Shown here one piece after another: positions 1 through 11,743 of a stretch of DNA of 38,658 bases (its first letter is position 1; each line of letters opens with the position of its first letter). The stretch comes from Octopus bimaculoides (Eukaryota). The stretch is taken from contig NC_068983.1 in assembly GCF_001194135.2 (NCBI RefSeq), positions 118,747,798 through 118,786,455 on the forward strand, given 5' to 3'. The translations under genes and the position numbers were made by a program. The notes below the pieces were generated by a model that saw only the letters and a list, made by a program, of their open reading frames with translations, had not been told where the DNA came from and ran no database searches.

Positions 1-2550
1 GCTGTAATTAGCAGAACCATATGCACGCGCACACATGGCGGTGGGCAACTATGTATAGGATTCTGATAATTGCTGCTACATTACAAATCAGGCTGATGAG
101 GAATAGACAAATGGTAAGAATTTGTTAAATCCGAAACCTGGTTCCTGTTTAATAATGATTTTTTTAGGTGATTTTAAATGTCTTGCCCGCTCACGTTTTT
201 GGTATGCTGCTATATTTCATGTTGAGAACTTTTTAGGAGACAATGGGGAAAATGTTGCTCCTGATGCAAATCAAGCCAAGGAGTTCTAGAGCGGATTATG
301 GAGCAACAATGTGGTGCATAAAAGAGATGCAATGTGGATAGGAACTATCAAGACAGAATTACAAGGAGGAAAGAAACAAAGGAATATTGTCATAAGCACG
401 GGTGATGTGAAAGAACAAATGGGTAAAGTGTCTGACAGAAAGACCCCGGACCAGATGGGATTCATGGCTTCTGGCTGAAGAGATGCCATGCGGTGCATGA
501 AAGACTGGCAGTCCAATTGAATGAGTGTGTCCAGAAAGGTACAGTCCCCGCGTGGATGGTGACTAGAAGGACAACACTTGTAATGAAAGATAGAAGAAAG
601 GGGAATATTATGAGAAGCTTCCATCCCATAGCATGACTAAACATAATATGGAAGATACTCACTGGAACATGTGCGACAAAGACATACACTTTCCTGGCAC
701 AAGAAGAAATACCACCAAGAGAACAAAAAGGATGTAGGAAGAGTTCTCAGGATACCAAGGATAAAACAGTTTTGAGGCATTGTAAAAAACATCATACAAA
801 CATGTCTATGGCTTGGATTGACTTTAAGAAAGCATATAATATGATGCCTCATTCTTGGATCGTTGAATACCTGCAGATGTTTGGTGCATAGCATGAAAGA
901 GTGGAAAAACAAAATGTACTCAAGTAATGTATCCTTGGAGAAGTTAGTATTAAAGGGGAATCTTCCAAGGTGATTCGTTTTCTCGTTACTTTTTTTAATT
1001 GTACTAATACTCATAACAATGACACTTAGGAAAGTTAAGATGGGTTACCGATGTGGTAAGAAAGGCCCATCATTGAACCATCTGTTTATGGATGACCTGA
1101 AATTGTTTGGGAAATCTGAAAACAGATAGATTCCTTAACCAAAACAGTCCAGAAGTGTGATAAGGACAACGGTATGGAATTTGGGATTACCAAATGCACA
1201 GTACTAAATATGAAAAGAGGGAAGAAAGCAGCCTGCACAGGATTACGGTTACCATAAGGAGAGACCATGGGTGAACCCGCCGGTAGTGGGTATAGATATT
1301 TAGGGATTTTGGAGCTGAGTGACATTCTACACAGAGAAATGAAAGTCAAGGCCAGAGAGGCGTATCAAAAAAGGGTGAAGATGGTGTTGAAATCCAACCT
1401 GAATGCCAAAAATTTGATTACCGCAATGAATATCTGGACAATTGCGGTGGTCAGATATAGTTCGTCCATCCTCAAATGGACTAAGGAGGAAATATCAACA
1501 CTGGATAGAAGGCAAGAAAGCCGATGGCGCTGCATGGGGCGCTACACTCTAAAGCAAACGTAAACAGACTGTATATGAAAAGAAAGAATGGTGGCAGAAG
1601 ACTAATTAGTATAGACCATTGTATAAGGAGTAAAAGTAGAACGCTTTCCGAGTATTTGATAAATAGTGATGAAGACCTGCTGCAATATGCCGCGAAAGAT
1701 ATGGGTATAAATGCCAGATGAAATGATGGGCAAGGTAGAGTTTAACGAAAGAGCTGAGGAGAAGAGAAAAGAAGACCTTCTTGAAATGAGAATGCATGGA
1801 CAGTTTGAAAGGAATACACAAGACGTTAAGGATAATAGAGCATCTTGGGCATGGCTTGAGCGAAGTGGTTTGAAGTGTACCACCGAAAGCCTGATCATTG
1901 CTGCACAAGACTGGGCTCTCGCTACCAATTCAGTGAAGCATAACATCTATAAAACTTCTGACACCCAGAAATGCAGACTCTGTGGAAAGAGTGTGGAAAA
2001 TGTGATCCACTTGGTAAGTGGATATGAGAGCCTTGCACAAAAAGAATACAAGCGTCGCTACGATAAAGTATGTGTGTGTCTTCACTGGCTCTTATGCCGT
2101 AGATACCAATATGAAGTATAACAGAGAACTGGTATGAGCATGTACCAAGTAAAGTTATGCAGGAAGATGGAAAAGTAACGATATTCTGGGACTATGATTT
2201 TCATATTGAATAAGAGAGACAAACACTGTCAGATCATTGATGAAGCCATACCAAATGACATGAATGTTGTGAGTAAAGAGGCTGAACAAATCAGCAAGTA
2301 CTCCGAATTGAAAGTGGAAATGACAAGACTGTGTGGAATGCAAGAGGATAATGTAAAAGTGATACCAGTGGTGATCGGAGCGTTGGGCTCAAGATTGATG
2401 TCTTGCAAAAAGCAACCTTATTGGGCACAGCGTACATCTTAAGGAAAGTATTATCTGTGTGAGGATTTTGTTGTGACTTGACAGATGACTAAAGACTCCG
2501 GTGCATTTTTACCTACACTGTGCTATGAAAGAATAAAAAAAAATAAAAAA
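1..2550 (+). mobile_element. Decayed non-LTR retrotransposon of the R4/Dong-like (REL-endonuclease) type; 5' part lies outside the window
   Basis: Frameshifted pieces read, in order: PGPDGIHGFWLK (~445-480), RT core LFMDDLKLFGK (FMDD at 1085-1096), YRYLGILE, decayed CCHC knuckle CRLC...HLVSGY followed by RRYD (from 1972; normally HxxxxC and RHD), and a REL-type IIDxAIP...E..SKY motif (2230-2300). A short 3' UTR and A-rich tail follow (2530-2550). Multiple stops and frameshifts. Confidence 0.9.
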
Positions 2551-2745
2551 TCCTTTCTTCTATAGGCCCAAAGCCTGAATTTTTGTGGGGAGGGGTACAA
2601 TCGACCCCAGTATGCAATTGGTACTTAATTTATCGACCCCGAAAGGATGAAANNNNNNNNNNTTTATCGACTCCGAAAGGATGAAATGCAAAGTTGACGT
2701 CGGCTAAGCATTTTGTCCAGCGTGCTAACGATTCTGCAGGCTCAC
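2551..2745 (-). mobile_element. tRNA-derived SINE (main family), with a 10-N gap and duplicated overlap
   Basis: Reverse complement of the body ...gcctttcatcctttcggggtcgataaattaagtaccag... seen in many other copies in this window. Confidence 0.85.
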
Positions 2746-2751
2746 CACCAC

Positions 2752-2752
2752 C

Positions 2753-2837
<85 letters not shown>

Positions 2838-2872
2838 TGATGATGATAATAATAATAATAAATAATAATAAT
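2752..2872 (+). repeat. (TAA)n microsatellite with a few TGA units
   Basis: Directly visible; followed by an N gap. Confidence 0.98.
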
Positions 2873-3736
2873 ACAGTTCTATNNNNNNNNNNNNNNNNNN
2901 NNNNNNNNNNNNNNNNNNNNNNNNNNNNNNNNNNNNNNNNNNNNNNNNNNNNNNNNNNNNNNNNNNNNNNNNNNNNNNNNNNNNNNNNNNNNNNNNNNNN
3001 NNNNNNNNNNNNNNNNNNNNNNNNNNNNNNNNNNNNNNNNNNNNNNNNNNNNNNNNNNNNNNNNNNNNNNNNNNNNNNNNNNNNNNNNNNNNNNNNNNNN
3101 NNNNNNNNNNNNNNNNNNNNNNNNNNNNNNNNNNNNNNNNNNNNNNNNNNNNNNNNNNNNNNNNNNNNNNNNNNNNNNNNNNNNNNNNNNNNNNNNNNNN
3201 NNNNNNNNNNNNNNNNNNNNNNNNNNNNNNNNNNNNNNNNNNNNNNNNNNNNNNNNNNNNNNNNNNNNNNNNNNNNNNNNNNNNNNNNNNNNNNNNNNNN
3301 NNNNNNNNNNNNNNNNNNNNNNNNNNNNNNNNNNNNNNNNNNNNNNNNNNNNNNNNNNNNNNNNNNNNNNNNNNNNNNNAGAAGAGTTCTATTATATCAT
3401 GCGGCAACTTAAGTTTCCTTTCTGTGAAATGGAAACATTAAATGTATTTTCATTTCTCCGACGTTAGAAATGCGGACAAACTCGGAAATGAGGAGAAAAA
3501 GGTATCTTATATCTCTTATTTTTTATTTTTAACATGTTTCCGTCATTGAATTATGGTTATGTTGGAGCACCAAGGGTTAGTCGAAACGAATCGAACCCGG
3601 TACTTACTTCTGTTTTCTGCCGAACAGCTAAGGAAACTGACGCCTCCTATTGCTATTGATAGTGGTGGTGGTGGACAAAGACAATACAAACAAAAACATA
3701 AAGAAACAAACACTCAGAGAGACATACTTGCGTGCA

Positions 3737-3812
<76 letters not shown>
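3737..3812 (+). repeat. (ATCT)n microsatellite
   Basis: Directly visible. Confidence 0.98.
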
Positions 3813-3972
3813 CAAGACTACTCGTGGCCCCTTTGGTTTACCGGGAATGTCTAAGTTTCGCAGCAACGGAATTTTGTTTCGTGTTTTTGTTTTCTTTTCC
3901 AGATTATTTTGCATGCTTTCAGCGAATGTGAGATCAAAATCACGCGTAAGCGGCTCCCTTCCCCAGAAGAGG

Positions 3973-4091
3973 AAAGATTTGGCTGCTATTTCTTGCACGT
4001 CCTGCTATCGTGTAATAGGTATTTCGAGTCCTTTATCGCAAATAGCAGTTACGTGGTAGCAGGGCGTGCTAGAAATAGCAGCCAAATCTTT
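3973..4091. repeat. Small foldback (inverted-repeat) element, MITE-like
   Basis: Arms 3973-4016 and 4048-4091 are reverse complements (about 38 of 44 matches; outer 21 bp perfect). Confidence 0.75.
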
Positions 4092-4344
4092 AGACGTGAG
4101 ATACGTTGATTGCACTCGTAAAAAACCTATGGAAAAACATTACTTCACACCGAGGTCACGAACTGGTCTTTTACGAAATATTTACGCCAAAAAATATTTT
4201 AGTAATGGTATTCACTAGAAAATAATTTGAAAAAAACCCATTAAAATATTGTCTGTTTAAAAAGAGCTAGAATATTAACCTTCATTGTACAAGCAATTTA
4301 CATTTTTGAAATCGCATTCACTTAAGAATATTTCTAAATGATTA

Positions 4345-5000
4345 CACTGGGCAAAAAAAAAAAAAATTGTCTGTTGCCTTGAATATTTCAATGAATTCCT
4401 AAGTGATTTTACCTGTTAAATTAAAAAATAACTTCAGTTTTTCTCTATCAGGTCTAGTTTTCTGACTAAACCTGATAGAGTAAGTATTTTATTCATACAA
4501 AAGGCATATAGTATGAATCAATAAAGAGAGCGTAACACAAAACAAAACTAAGTACAAATAAATTTTCAAAATTGAAAATGCACATTGGTTAAAATTTTTG
4601 GCAGAAAATTCAAGAAATAAATTTGCACTTCTTTGTGCACCATCAATGTTGAGCAACAGAAGTATCTCATTTTAAACACCAACAATGGTCTGCCATCATC
4701 ACAGTGTCCCAACGTCCTTGGTACCGAGTTTCCATCTCCCTGATATCCTGATGGAATCCATAAAGATATTACAGCTTACAGTCGTCCGTCTGTCATATTT
4801 ATCACACAAACTCATATGTAAATTGACGCCAGCAAACCAATTTTGTTAAACTTGAATTAAACAACTTCTGATAAGTTCTAATGTAATATCTTGTATATGT
4901 TATTGCATTTGTGTGTGTTTTCTCTTATAATGCAGAAACATGTCAAAAGTTAAAATTTTCCAGATTAATTTGATGCATGAGGCTTTTCCGACTGTGTTTA
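4345..5000 (-). mobile_element. Internally deleted DNA transposon remnant, probably Chapaev3-like (CMC)
   Basis: Minus strand 4756-4667 reads FHQDIREMETRYQGRWDTVMMADHCWCLK*, a transposase C-terminal motif I associate with Chapaev3. Terminus TTA|CACTGGGC at 4345. The opposite end was not found and the right boundary is approximate. Confidence 0.55.
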
Positions 5001-5100
5001 TTGATGATTTTAGTTATGTGACTTAAAAAAATGGCCTCTTTATGCTTTACTTTATGTATTCTTATTTTCTCTCTCACTTTATTTTATTTTCTCTCTCTCT

Positions 5101-5220
5101 GCTTATTTCTGTGTTCCTTTCTGTTGAAGAACGTAGGCTTCCCGAGCGTTAAACTAATACATCTATTTGTTGTTTACACACCCGTCTTTGTGTTTTTTTT
5201 TATACGTTTCAACTATTCTT
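5101..5220 (+). repeat. Copy of hammerhead-motif repeat family with the 3' half of the motif deleted
   Basis: ctgttga-agaacgtaggct joined directly to tcccgagcgttaaactaatac, the downstream motif shared with the copies at 13.3 kb and 38.5 kb. Confidence 0.5.
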
Positions 5221-5327
5221 ATGTTACTCTAAATTGATATGCAACAAATAAAACAAAAGTAATTCTAATATAAATGCGTTTTACTCAAACGGAGCTCTGT
5301 GGGTAGATAACTATTATTGTTCTAGAA

Positions 5328-6750
5328 CAGTGGTTCTTAAACATTTTCATCGTCTTACCCACTGAGACTCTCCAGGGTGTTACTGCGACTCCTATAATAA
5401 ATTTTGTAATGGTGAACTTTGCGTAAAGGTAAGATAAAACAAAACTATATGAAGATCCTAATTTATTGAAAATGTTAAAACAAGAGACCTCTAAAAATGC
5501 TGCAAGTGCTTGCACCAACACGAACGCATGCAACATGGGACTAGCTATATGGGAAATATGAACCTGCCAGTTTAACTACAGTAACTCTGAGGGATTATCC
5601 ATGAAACATATTGATGGTCATAGAAAACGACAGTACCAATGGAAATTGAAGAAGCATGAACTGAAATGAAATGTTTAATGGGACGAGGGAAATAAATACT
5701 TGGAATGAGAACACCTCCCCTGACATAACCAGTTATGATGGCGGCTTTGATCATATCGACTATAAGTATATTGACAGTCAGCCCTTTACCATTGTAGAAT
5801 TTTGGTGCATCCAGATTTCACTGCAACATCATGAGCGCTCTTTTAGTTATAGATAGTGATAAGGGACAGCAGTAGTTTGAAGAGTATGGTAAGACTTCGA
5901 TAACTGACGACTTCGTTAACGTCAATAGTAGTTTGAACTGACTCGTACTATCTGAATTGGGTTGGTACCTGTTGGATACTGGTGGCATTAAGATCCGACA
6001 CAATGCTATTTCTGGGAGCCAGAACAGCACATCCACAAGCTCACGCATGATTTCTATAATTCCGTGAGAAACTATGATAAAGTTTCAATAATATCATTTA
6101 AGATGTCTCATGATTATTCCACAATTTTATTCTACTTTGTTTAACATGTCATTGTCAGCTGATATCTGACTAATGCCTCCAAATGAAATAAAACCTTTGA
6201 AACTCCGCCACTGAGACAGTTTTATTAAATGCAGCTCAAACTGGTGATAGAAAGATAAACTTTTACCTTTTGTGTCTTAACACAAGATTCTTAGAGGCTT
6301 AATCGCAACTCTTTGCAGGTATACACTTTGGGTTAACTGAAAGAATTTGCTTGAAATCACCAGAGAGTAAGAAATACTATCTCTGACCTTGTAAGGTGCA
6401 ATAAACAGCTTCATATGCAAGACAATGAGACATAGAGCACTCATACATAAACCTTGACCACCTTTAAAACATCTATCTCTCCAGATCCTTTACCGATACT
6501 ACATACAGAATTGATACTGTGAGCAACAGAGTCAGCTTCAAAACAGAATAAACAGTCCTGTCACCTCTAATTAAAGTTGCAAAATTTCGAGACGAGGTCA
6601 TGACAATAGTAATTTACTTGAAAGGAAGAACATATTGTAAGAAATTGCTTGATAAACAATTATGCCTGTTCTCCAAGAGACCACAAGAAAGTGCATTTAC
6701 ATTCATTTATAAGGATGCACGTATATACACTTCTATATATTAATAATTGA
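5328..6750 (-). mobile_element. Degenerate hAT/Charlie-type element: one terminus and possible transposase relics
   Basis: CAGTGGTTCTTAAAC terminus at 5328 preceded by TTCTAGAA (NTCTAGAN is the Charlie target preference). Weak minus-strand relics in the expected order (TLLL..KDLER, KELRLSL*). The second terminus was not found, so the extent is uncertain. Confidence 0.4.
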
Positions 6751-7139
6751 TTGGGTGTTGACCCACACGAGTATATCAGCCCTTGAACAGGTTTAACTTT
6801 ATATACGAAAGGGTGCCCAAAATTCACATTCCCTCTTCACAAATCAGGCTTACTGCTAATATCGGTCAACTCGCTGACATCAGAAGAGTAGAGGTTATGT
6901 ATAAACATATTGTTTGGAAGGCCGTTCAAGTTCATTCGCGCTTTGAATGGCTTTGCTTTTCCTCCCGTAGGGTGTCCAAAAGTGAGTGAGACTACTGGTA
7001 TAGTCACCGATGGCTCGACTATGCACAACCTGCTCAAGCTATGCATAGACATAACATTTTGGAGGACGTTGACTCCTGAGTTTATTCATTCATCGAGAGG
7101 TTTCGTGTTTCATCCCAGAGGGCTCACACATATGTGTAC

Positions 7140-7192
7140 ACGTGTACACACACACACACACACACAGACATACACACACACACACACACACG

Positions 7193-7231
<39 letters not shown>

Positions 7232-7594
7232 GCGCTCATGCACGCACGCACACATACACATATACATACCTGCATACATACATAGATATAATACACACAC
7301 ATATACATATATATATACATATGTGTGTATATATATTACATTCATATATGTTTATATATTCATACATGCATACATATGTATATACATCCATACATACACA
7401 CATACATACATATATGTATTTAAATTATATATGTATACACTATATATATACATGTATGTATGTATGTATGTATGCATGTATGTATGTGTGTGTCTATATT
7501 TATATATACATATATGTATATATATACGTATACATATATATCCATCTACATATGTATATATGTTCAAACATACACACACACATATGCATATATA

Positions 7595-7642
<48 letters not shown>

Positions 7643-7661
7643 CGTGTGTGTGTATATATAT
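7140..7661 (+). repeat. Compound (CA)n/(TA)n/(TG)n microsatellite block
   Basis: Directly visible; the long H/T/Y-rich ORFs in the track are artefacts of it. Confidence 0.97.
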
Positions 7662-7916
7662 NNNNNNNNNNNNNNNNNNNNNNNNNNNNNNNNNNNNNNN
7701 NNNNNNNNNNNNNNNNNNNNNNNNNNNNNNNNNNNNNNNNNNNNNNNNNNNNNNNNNNNNNNNNNNNNNNNNNNNNNNNNNNNNNNNNNNNNNNNNNNNN
7801 NNNNNNNNNNNNNNNNNNNNNNNNNNNNNNNNNNNNNNNNNNNNNNNNNNNNNNNNNNNNNNNNNNNNNNNNNNNNNNNNNNNNNNNNNNNNNNNNNNNN
7901 NNNNNNNNNNNNNNNN

Positions 7917-7958
<42 letters not shown>
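7917..7958 (+). repeat. (GA)n microsatellite
   Basis: Directly visible after an N gap. Confidence 0.97.
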
Positions 7959-7962
<4 letters not shown>

Positions 7963-8162
7963 TAAACAAACATATTTACAGAACATTACTCCTCCCCTTC
8001 TTTCTTATTTGACGACCGCCCAGGGTGGATGTAAGAAGCAGTGCGTGTAAAAAAACGAGCAAACTAACAGCGACAGAAATGTTCGCCATATCGGTAGCAA
8101 GAGTAAAGGCAACATCTTGAACAACGAGAACACCAAAGCAAGCAACAACGACCATAGCATCG

Positions 8163-8320
8163 ATAGTAACAAAAGGAGCAACAGGCGGCATTGCTAGCAG
8201 AAACGTTAGCATGCCGGACGAAATGCTTACGGTATTTCGTCTGTCTTTTATGTTCTGAGTTCAAATTCTGCCGAGGGCCGACTTTGCCTTTCATCCTTTC
8301 GGTGTCGATAAATTAAAGTA
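8163..8320 (+). mobile_element. tRNA-derived SINE (main family), 3'-truncated
   Basis: Head gcagaaacgttagc, B-box-like gagttcaaattc, conserved body. Confidence 0.85.
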
Positions 8321-8780
8321 ATGGAGGGGAAGAAAACACTAATACAACAGATGCAGTACCGATAACAACAACAACAAAAGCAACAGCAATAACAATAGTA
8401 CCAACAACACCAACAGCCGCAAAAGAGGCTGTGGAAACAGTAACAGTAGTGGAACCAGCAACATCGCCAACAATAGCAACTGAGTTGGCAGTAAATAATG
8501 AGTATAAGAAAATATTCACCATCCGGGGGATATCCCATCCCAGTACTCTACTCAATCTTAGAGCAATCTTGAGTATAACCAGCCGAAATTGCAAAGATAA
8601 TCTGGAACTCGACTGAGGAAAGAAAACTCCGAATGACCCGTTCTTGTTTTCTTTGTATCGTCTATCTGGATGTTTTGTTGTCCCTTTTTTGTATCACCTA
8701 ACTGTCTGGATGTTTTGCGTTCTTGTTCCATTTTGTATTATATATAGCGGCGTACGTACACTTTGGTCTNNNNNNNNNNT

Positions 8781-8792
8781 ATATATATATAT

Positions 8793-8830
<38 letters not shown>
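8781..8830 (+). repeat. (TA)n/(TAGA)n microsatellite
   Basis: Directly visible. Confidence 0.95.
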
Positions 8831-8833
<3 letters not shown>

Positions 8834-8834
8834 G

Positions 8835-9050
8835 TCCGTATATGTTTGTGTCTTTGTATTTGTCCTCCCACCATCGCTTGACAACCAATGTTGGTGTGTT
8901 TACATCCCCGTAACTTAGCGGTTCGGCAAAAGGGACCAGTAGAATAAGTATTAGGCTTACGAAGAATAAGTCCTGGGGTCGATTTGTTCGACTAAAGGGG
9001 GTGCTCCAGCATGGCGGCAGTCAAATGACTGAATCAAGAAAAAGAGAAAA
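8835..9050 (+). mobile_element. Second SINE-like family, 3' part
   Basis: Similar to the reverse complement of 9645-9815 (ccccgtaacttagcggttc / gcaccgttaagttacagggacgtaaac; cagtcaaatgactgaa / ttagtcatcggac). Confidence 0.6.
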
Positions 9051-9116
9051 AAGTAAAAGGAAATACTTTTTTCGACGAATCCCCAAATAGAGTTGCAACT
9101 AATCAGAGCAATACCA

Positions 9117-9350
9117 AGGCGACGAGCTGACAGAAACGTTACCCCGCCGGGTGGAATGCTTAGCAGTGTTTCGTCTGTCTTTACGTTCTGAATTCAAATT
9201 CTGCGGAGGTCGACTTTGCCTTTCATCCTTTCGGGGTCGATAAATTAAGTACCAGTTACGCACTGGGGTCGATGTAATCGACTTAATTCGTTTGTCTGTC
9301 CTTGTTTGTCTCCTCTAAGTTTAGCCCCTTGTGGGCAATAAAGAAATAAG
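9117..9350 (+). mobile_element. Near full-length tRNA-derived SINE with tail type A
   Basis: aggcgacgagctgacagaaacgtt head, A/B-box-like motifs, conserved body, tail ending gccccttgtgggcaataaagaaat. Confidence 0.9.
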
Positions 9351-9550
9351 AATCGTTGGCACGCCGGGTGAAATGCTTAGCAGTGTTTCGTCTGTCTTTA
9401 CGTTCTGAGTTCAAATTCCACCGAAGTCGACTTTGCCTTTCATCCTTTCGGGGTTGATAAATTAAGTACCAGTTGCGTACTGGAGTTGTTCTGATCGACT
9501 GGACCCTCCCACCCCTCAAATTTCGGGCTGTGTGCCTAGAGTAGAAAAAA
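9351..9550 (+). mobile_element. Tandem second SINE copy with a different tail (type C)
   Basis: Same body as the preceding copy; diverges after gtaccagtt..cactgg into gaccctcccacccctcaaatttcgggctgtgtgcctagagtagaaaa. Confidence 0.88.
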
Positions 9551-9644
9551 ATCAGGACAATATCAATATTTTTCTACCGATGGACAAATGTAGGTATTCG
9601 CTTATATTTCGCAGTGAGGCTTATAAAAAAATTAAAAAAAATTG

Positions 9645-9815
9645 TAGGTACCTTTTACTTGTTTTAGTCATCGGACTTCAAAGGTTTTAAGGGAACAAAT
9701 CGACTCTAGTTCCTACTTTTTAAAGACTGGTGCTTATTCTGTCGATCTCTTAGCAGCACCGTTAAGTTACAGGGACGTAAACAAGCCAACATGGGATGTC
9801 AAGCAGTTGAGGGGA
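9645..9815 (-). mobile_element. Second SINE-like family, inverted degenerate copy
   Basis: Similar to the reverse complement of 8835-9050. Confidence 0.55.
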
Positions 9816-11409
9816 ATAAGCATACCACAAAGACATACCCCCCGCGCGCGCGCACACGCACACGCACACACAGATGCGCGCACGCAGACACACACACGCG
9901 CGCACAGAAGTCCGCACACACATATATGGCGAACTTCTTCCAGTTTCCGTCTGCTAAATCCACTCACAAGACACTCACTGTCTTATGTTTGTACACAAAG
10001 CTGATGTTTTTTCACTCTGCTTTTAGTTTTCTTCATGAATGTCCGACCAGGACCAACAGTAACGTTATTTTTGTGTGTGTGAGTGTGTGTCTCGTTGGTG
10101 ATGCAGTCCTTGTCAATTACTATATAAATCTTTATCTCAATATACCATTATAGGGAGTGCATGAATTTTCATGTAGGCCATACTTATAGCATGACTCATA
10201 TATAGCTCATTGGTTTTAAGCGCATGGTCGTGTGGGCATATCTCATTTATTTTTTGTATCTATTATGAAGAATCCCATTAATTTCAAATGTACATTGATG
10301 TTTATTTTATTATGCATGTTGATGTTATTAGTTATTTTAAGACTGTAAAAAAAAAAGGCCTGAGACAATATGTTAGATTATATTAAATTATTCTCTTTAT
10401 GGCCTGCTGCCATAAATATAGTTGCTATGTTGTCGTTTCATATACTAGAAATAGCAGTGGAACTGGAATTCACTCAAATCACGTCCAATCGTTTTAAAAT
10501 AGAAAAACATCGGAAATGTGTTTCTAGGCATAAGAAATGATGAAATAGTCAAGGTAAGAATGTCTCACATCACAGGCCTGCTGATATAATCCGAACTGAC
10601 CAACTTGTATCTTTCAGTATAGGTAGGGCAAAATGAGTAAGTCCTGATTTCTCGTCATTTTCTCTTTACCTATTTGAAACCATTACATTGAAAGTATTGC
10701 ATCGTCATTTTCTGCTGTTGCATCATCTTTGGGAGTAAAAATTGGTCAGAATGGTTGTTGTTGAAGTTGAGAGTTTGAAGCATATTTAGGTGGTGGGAAC
10801 GTTTTTGGGGGGGAAATTTTTCCTCGACTTTGACCCGATTGTGATTGATGTTGCTAATAAAATATCCGTAATTTTTTATGTTTAACAACCAATATTCTTT
10901 TCTCTGTTGGATCCCAAGTGAATTTTTCCCACACTAATGTCTATACTGGGGTAAAATGAGTCATGAATAACTTCAGTAATTTCTTCTCTGTAACTGCATG
11001 GTGCGTAAATATATCAGGAAGAGAGTCACTCCAGCAGATCCTGAATAAGTTATAGAGAATATTTTAGGCTGAGTTTTAAATTTAGTTGAGTTTTGTTAAC
11101 TTCATATCATGTGCTATTTACCGTGATCCTCTTTCATTTGACCCAGATATTTTAAATTTTATTTTGCATTTCTGATTGTTTTGATATTTGAGGATGGATA
11201 TTGATGCGTATGAGTCTTTTTTCAAATATAATTCTGGAGGACTGAAGGTTCGAGTCAGCAGAGAAGGTTCGTGAGTTTTCAACTCGAACCTTGAAAAGTG
11301 GAAATATAATGCTATTGCCTTTATATCTGGGACACAGAACGTCCTAGATAAAGATAAAGAATATCCCCCCGGAGGTAGAGGTCGCGTGGATCGTGGCCAC
11401 TCTCTTATT

Positions 11410-11410
<1 letters not shown>

Positions 11411-11462
<52 letters not shown>
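11411..11462 (+). repeat. (GA)n microsatellite
   Basis: Directly visible before an N gap. Confidence 0.97.
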
Positions 11463-11463
<1 letters not shown>

Positions 11464-11743
11464 GGGGGGGNNNNNNNNNNNNNNNNNNNNNNNNNNNNNN
11501 NNNNNNNNNNNNNNNNNNNNNNNNNNNNNNNNNNNNNNNNNNNNNNNNNNNNNNNNNNNNNNNNNNNNNNNNNNNNNNNNNNNNNNNNNNNNNNNNNNNN
11601 NNNNNNNNNNNNNNNNNNNNNNNNNNNNNNNNNNNNNNNNNNNNNNNNNNNNNNNNNNNNNNNNNNNNNNNNNNNNNNNNNNNNNNNNNNNNNNNNNNNN
11701 NNNNNNNNNNNNNNNNNNNNNNNNNNNNNNNNNNNNNNNNNNN

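Noticed and set aside
2742-3412. Long ORFs spanning N gaps and microsatellites (also 6910-8050, 11386-11820, 29565-29820, 34245-35462)
   Set aside because: They are open only because Ns and simple repeats contain no stops; no coding evidence.
6783-7120. Short ORFs at 6783-7052 as a possible exon or retroelement relic
   Set aside because: No recognisable domain and no convincing splice signals.
7976-8640. AAC/AGC-rich stretch as the 5' part of another LINE ORF1
   Set aside because: The resemblance to 18300-18560 is compositional only; no knuckle or ORF2 motif follows.
10600-11340. Possible LINE RT C-terminal relic on the minus strand (KYLGQ)
   Set aside because: Only one short motif; neighbouring expected motifs could not be recovered.
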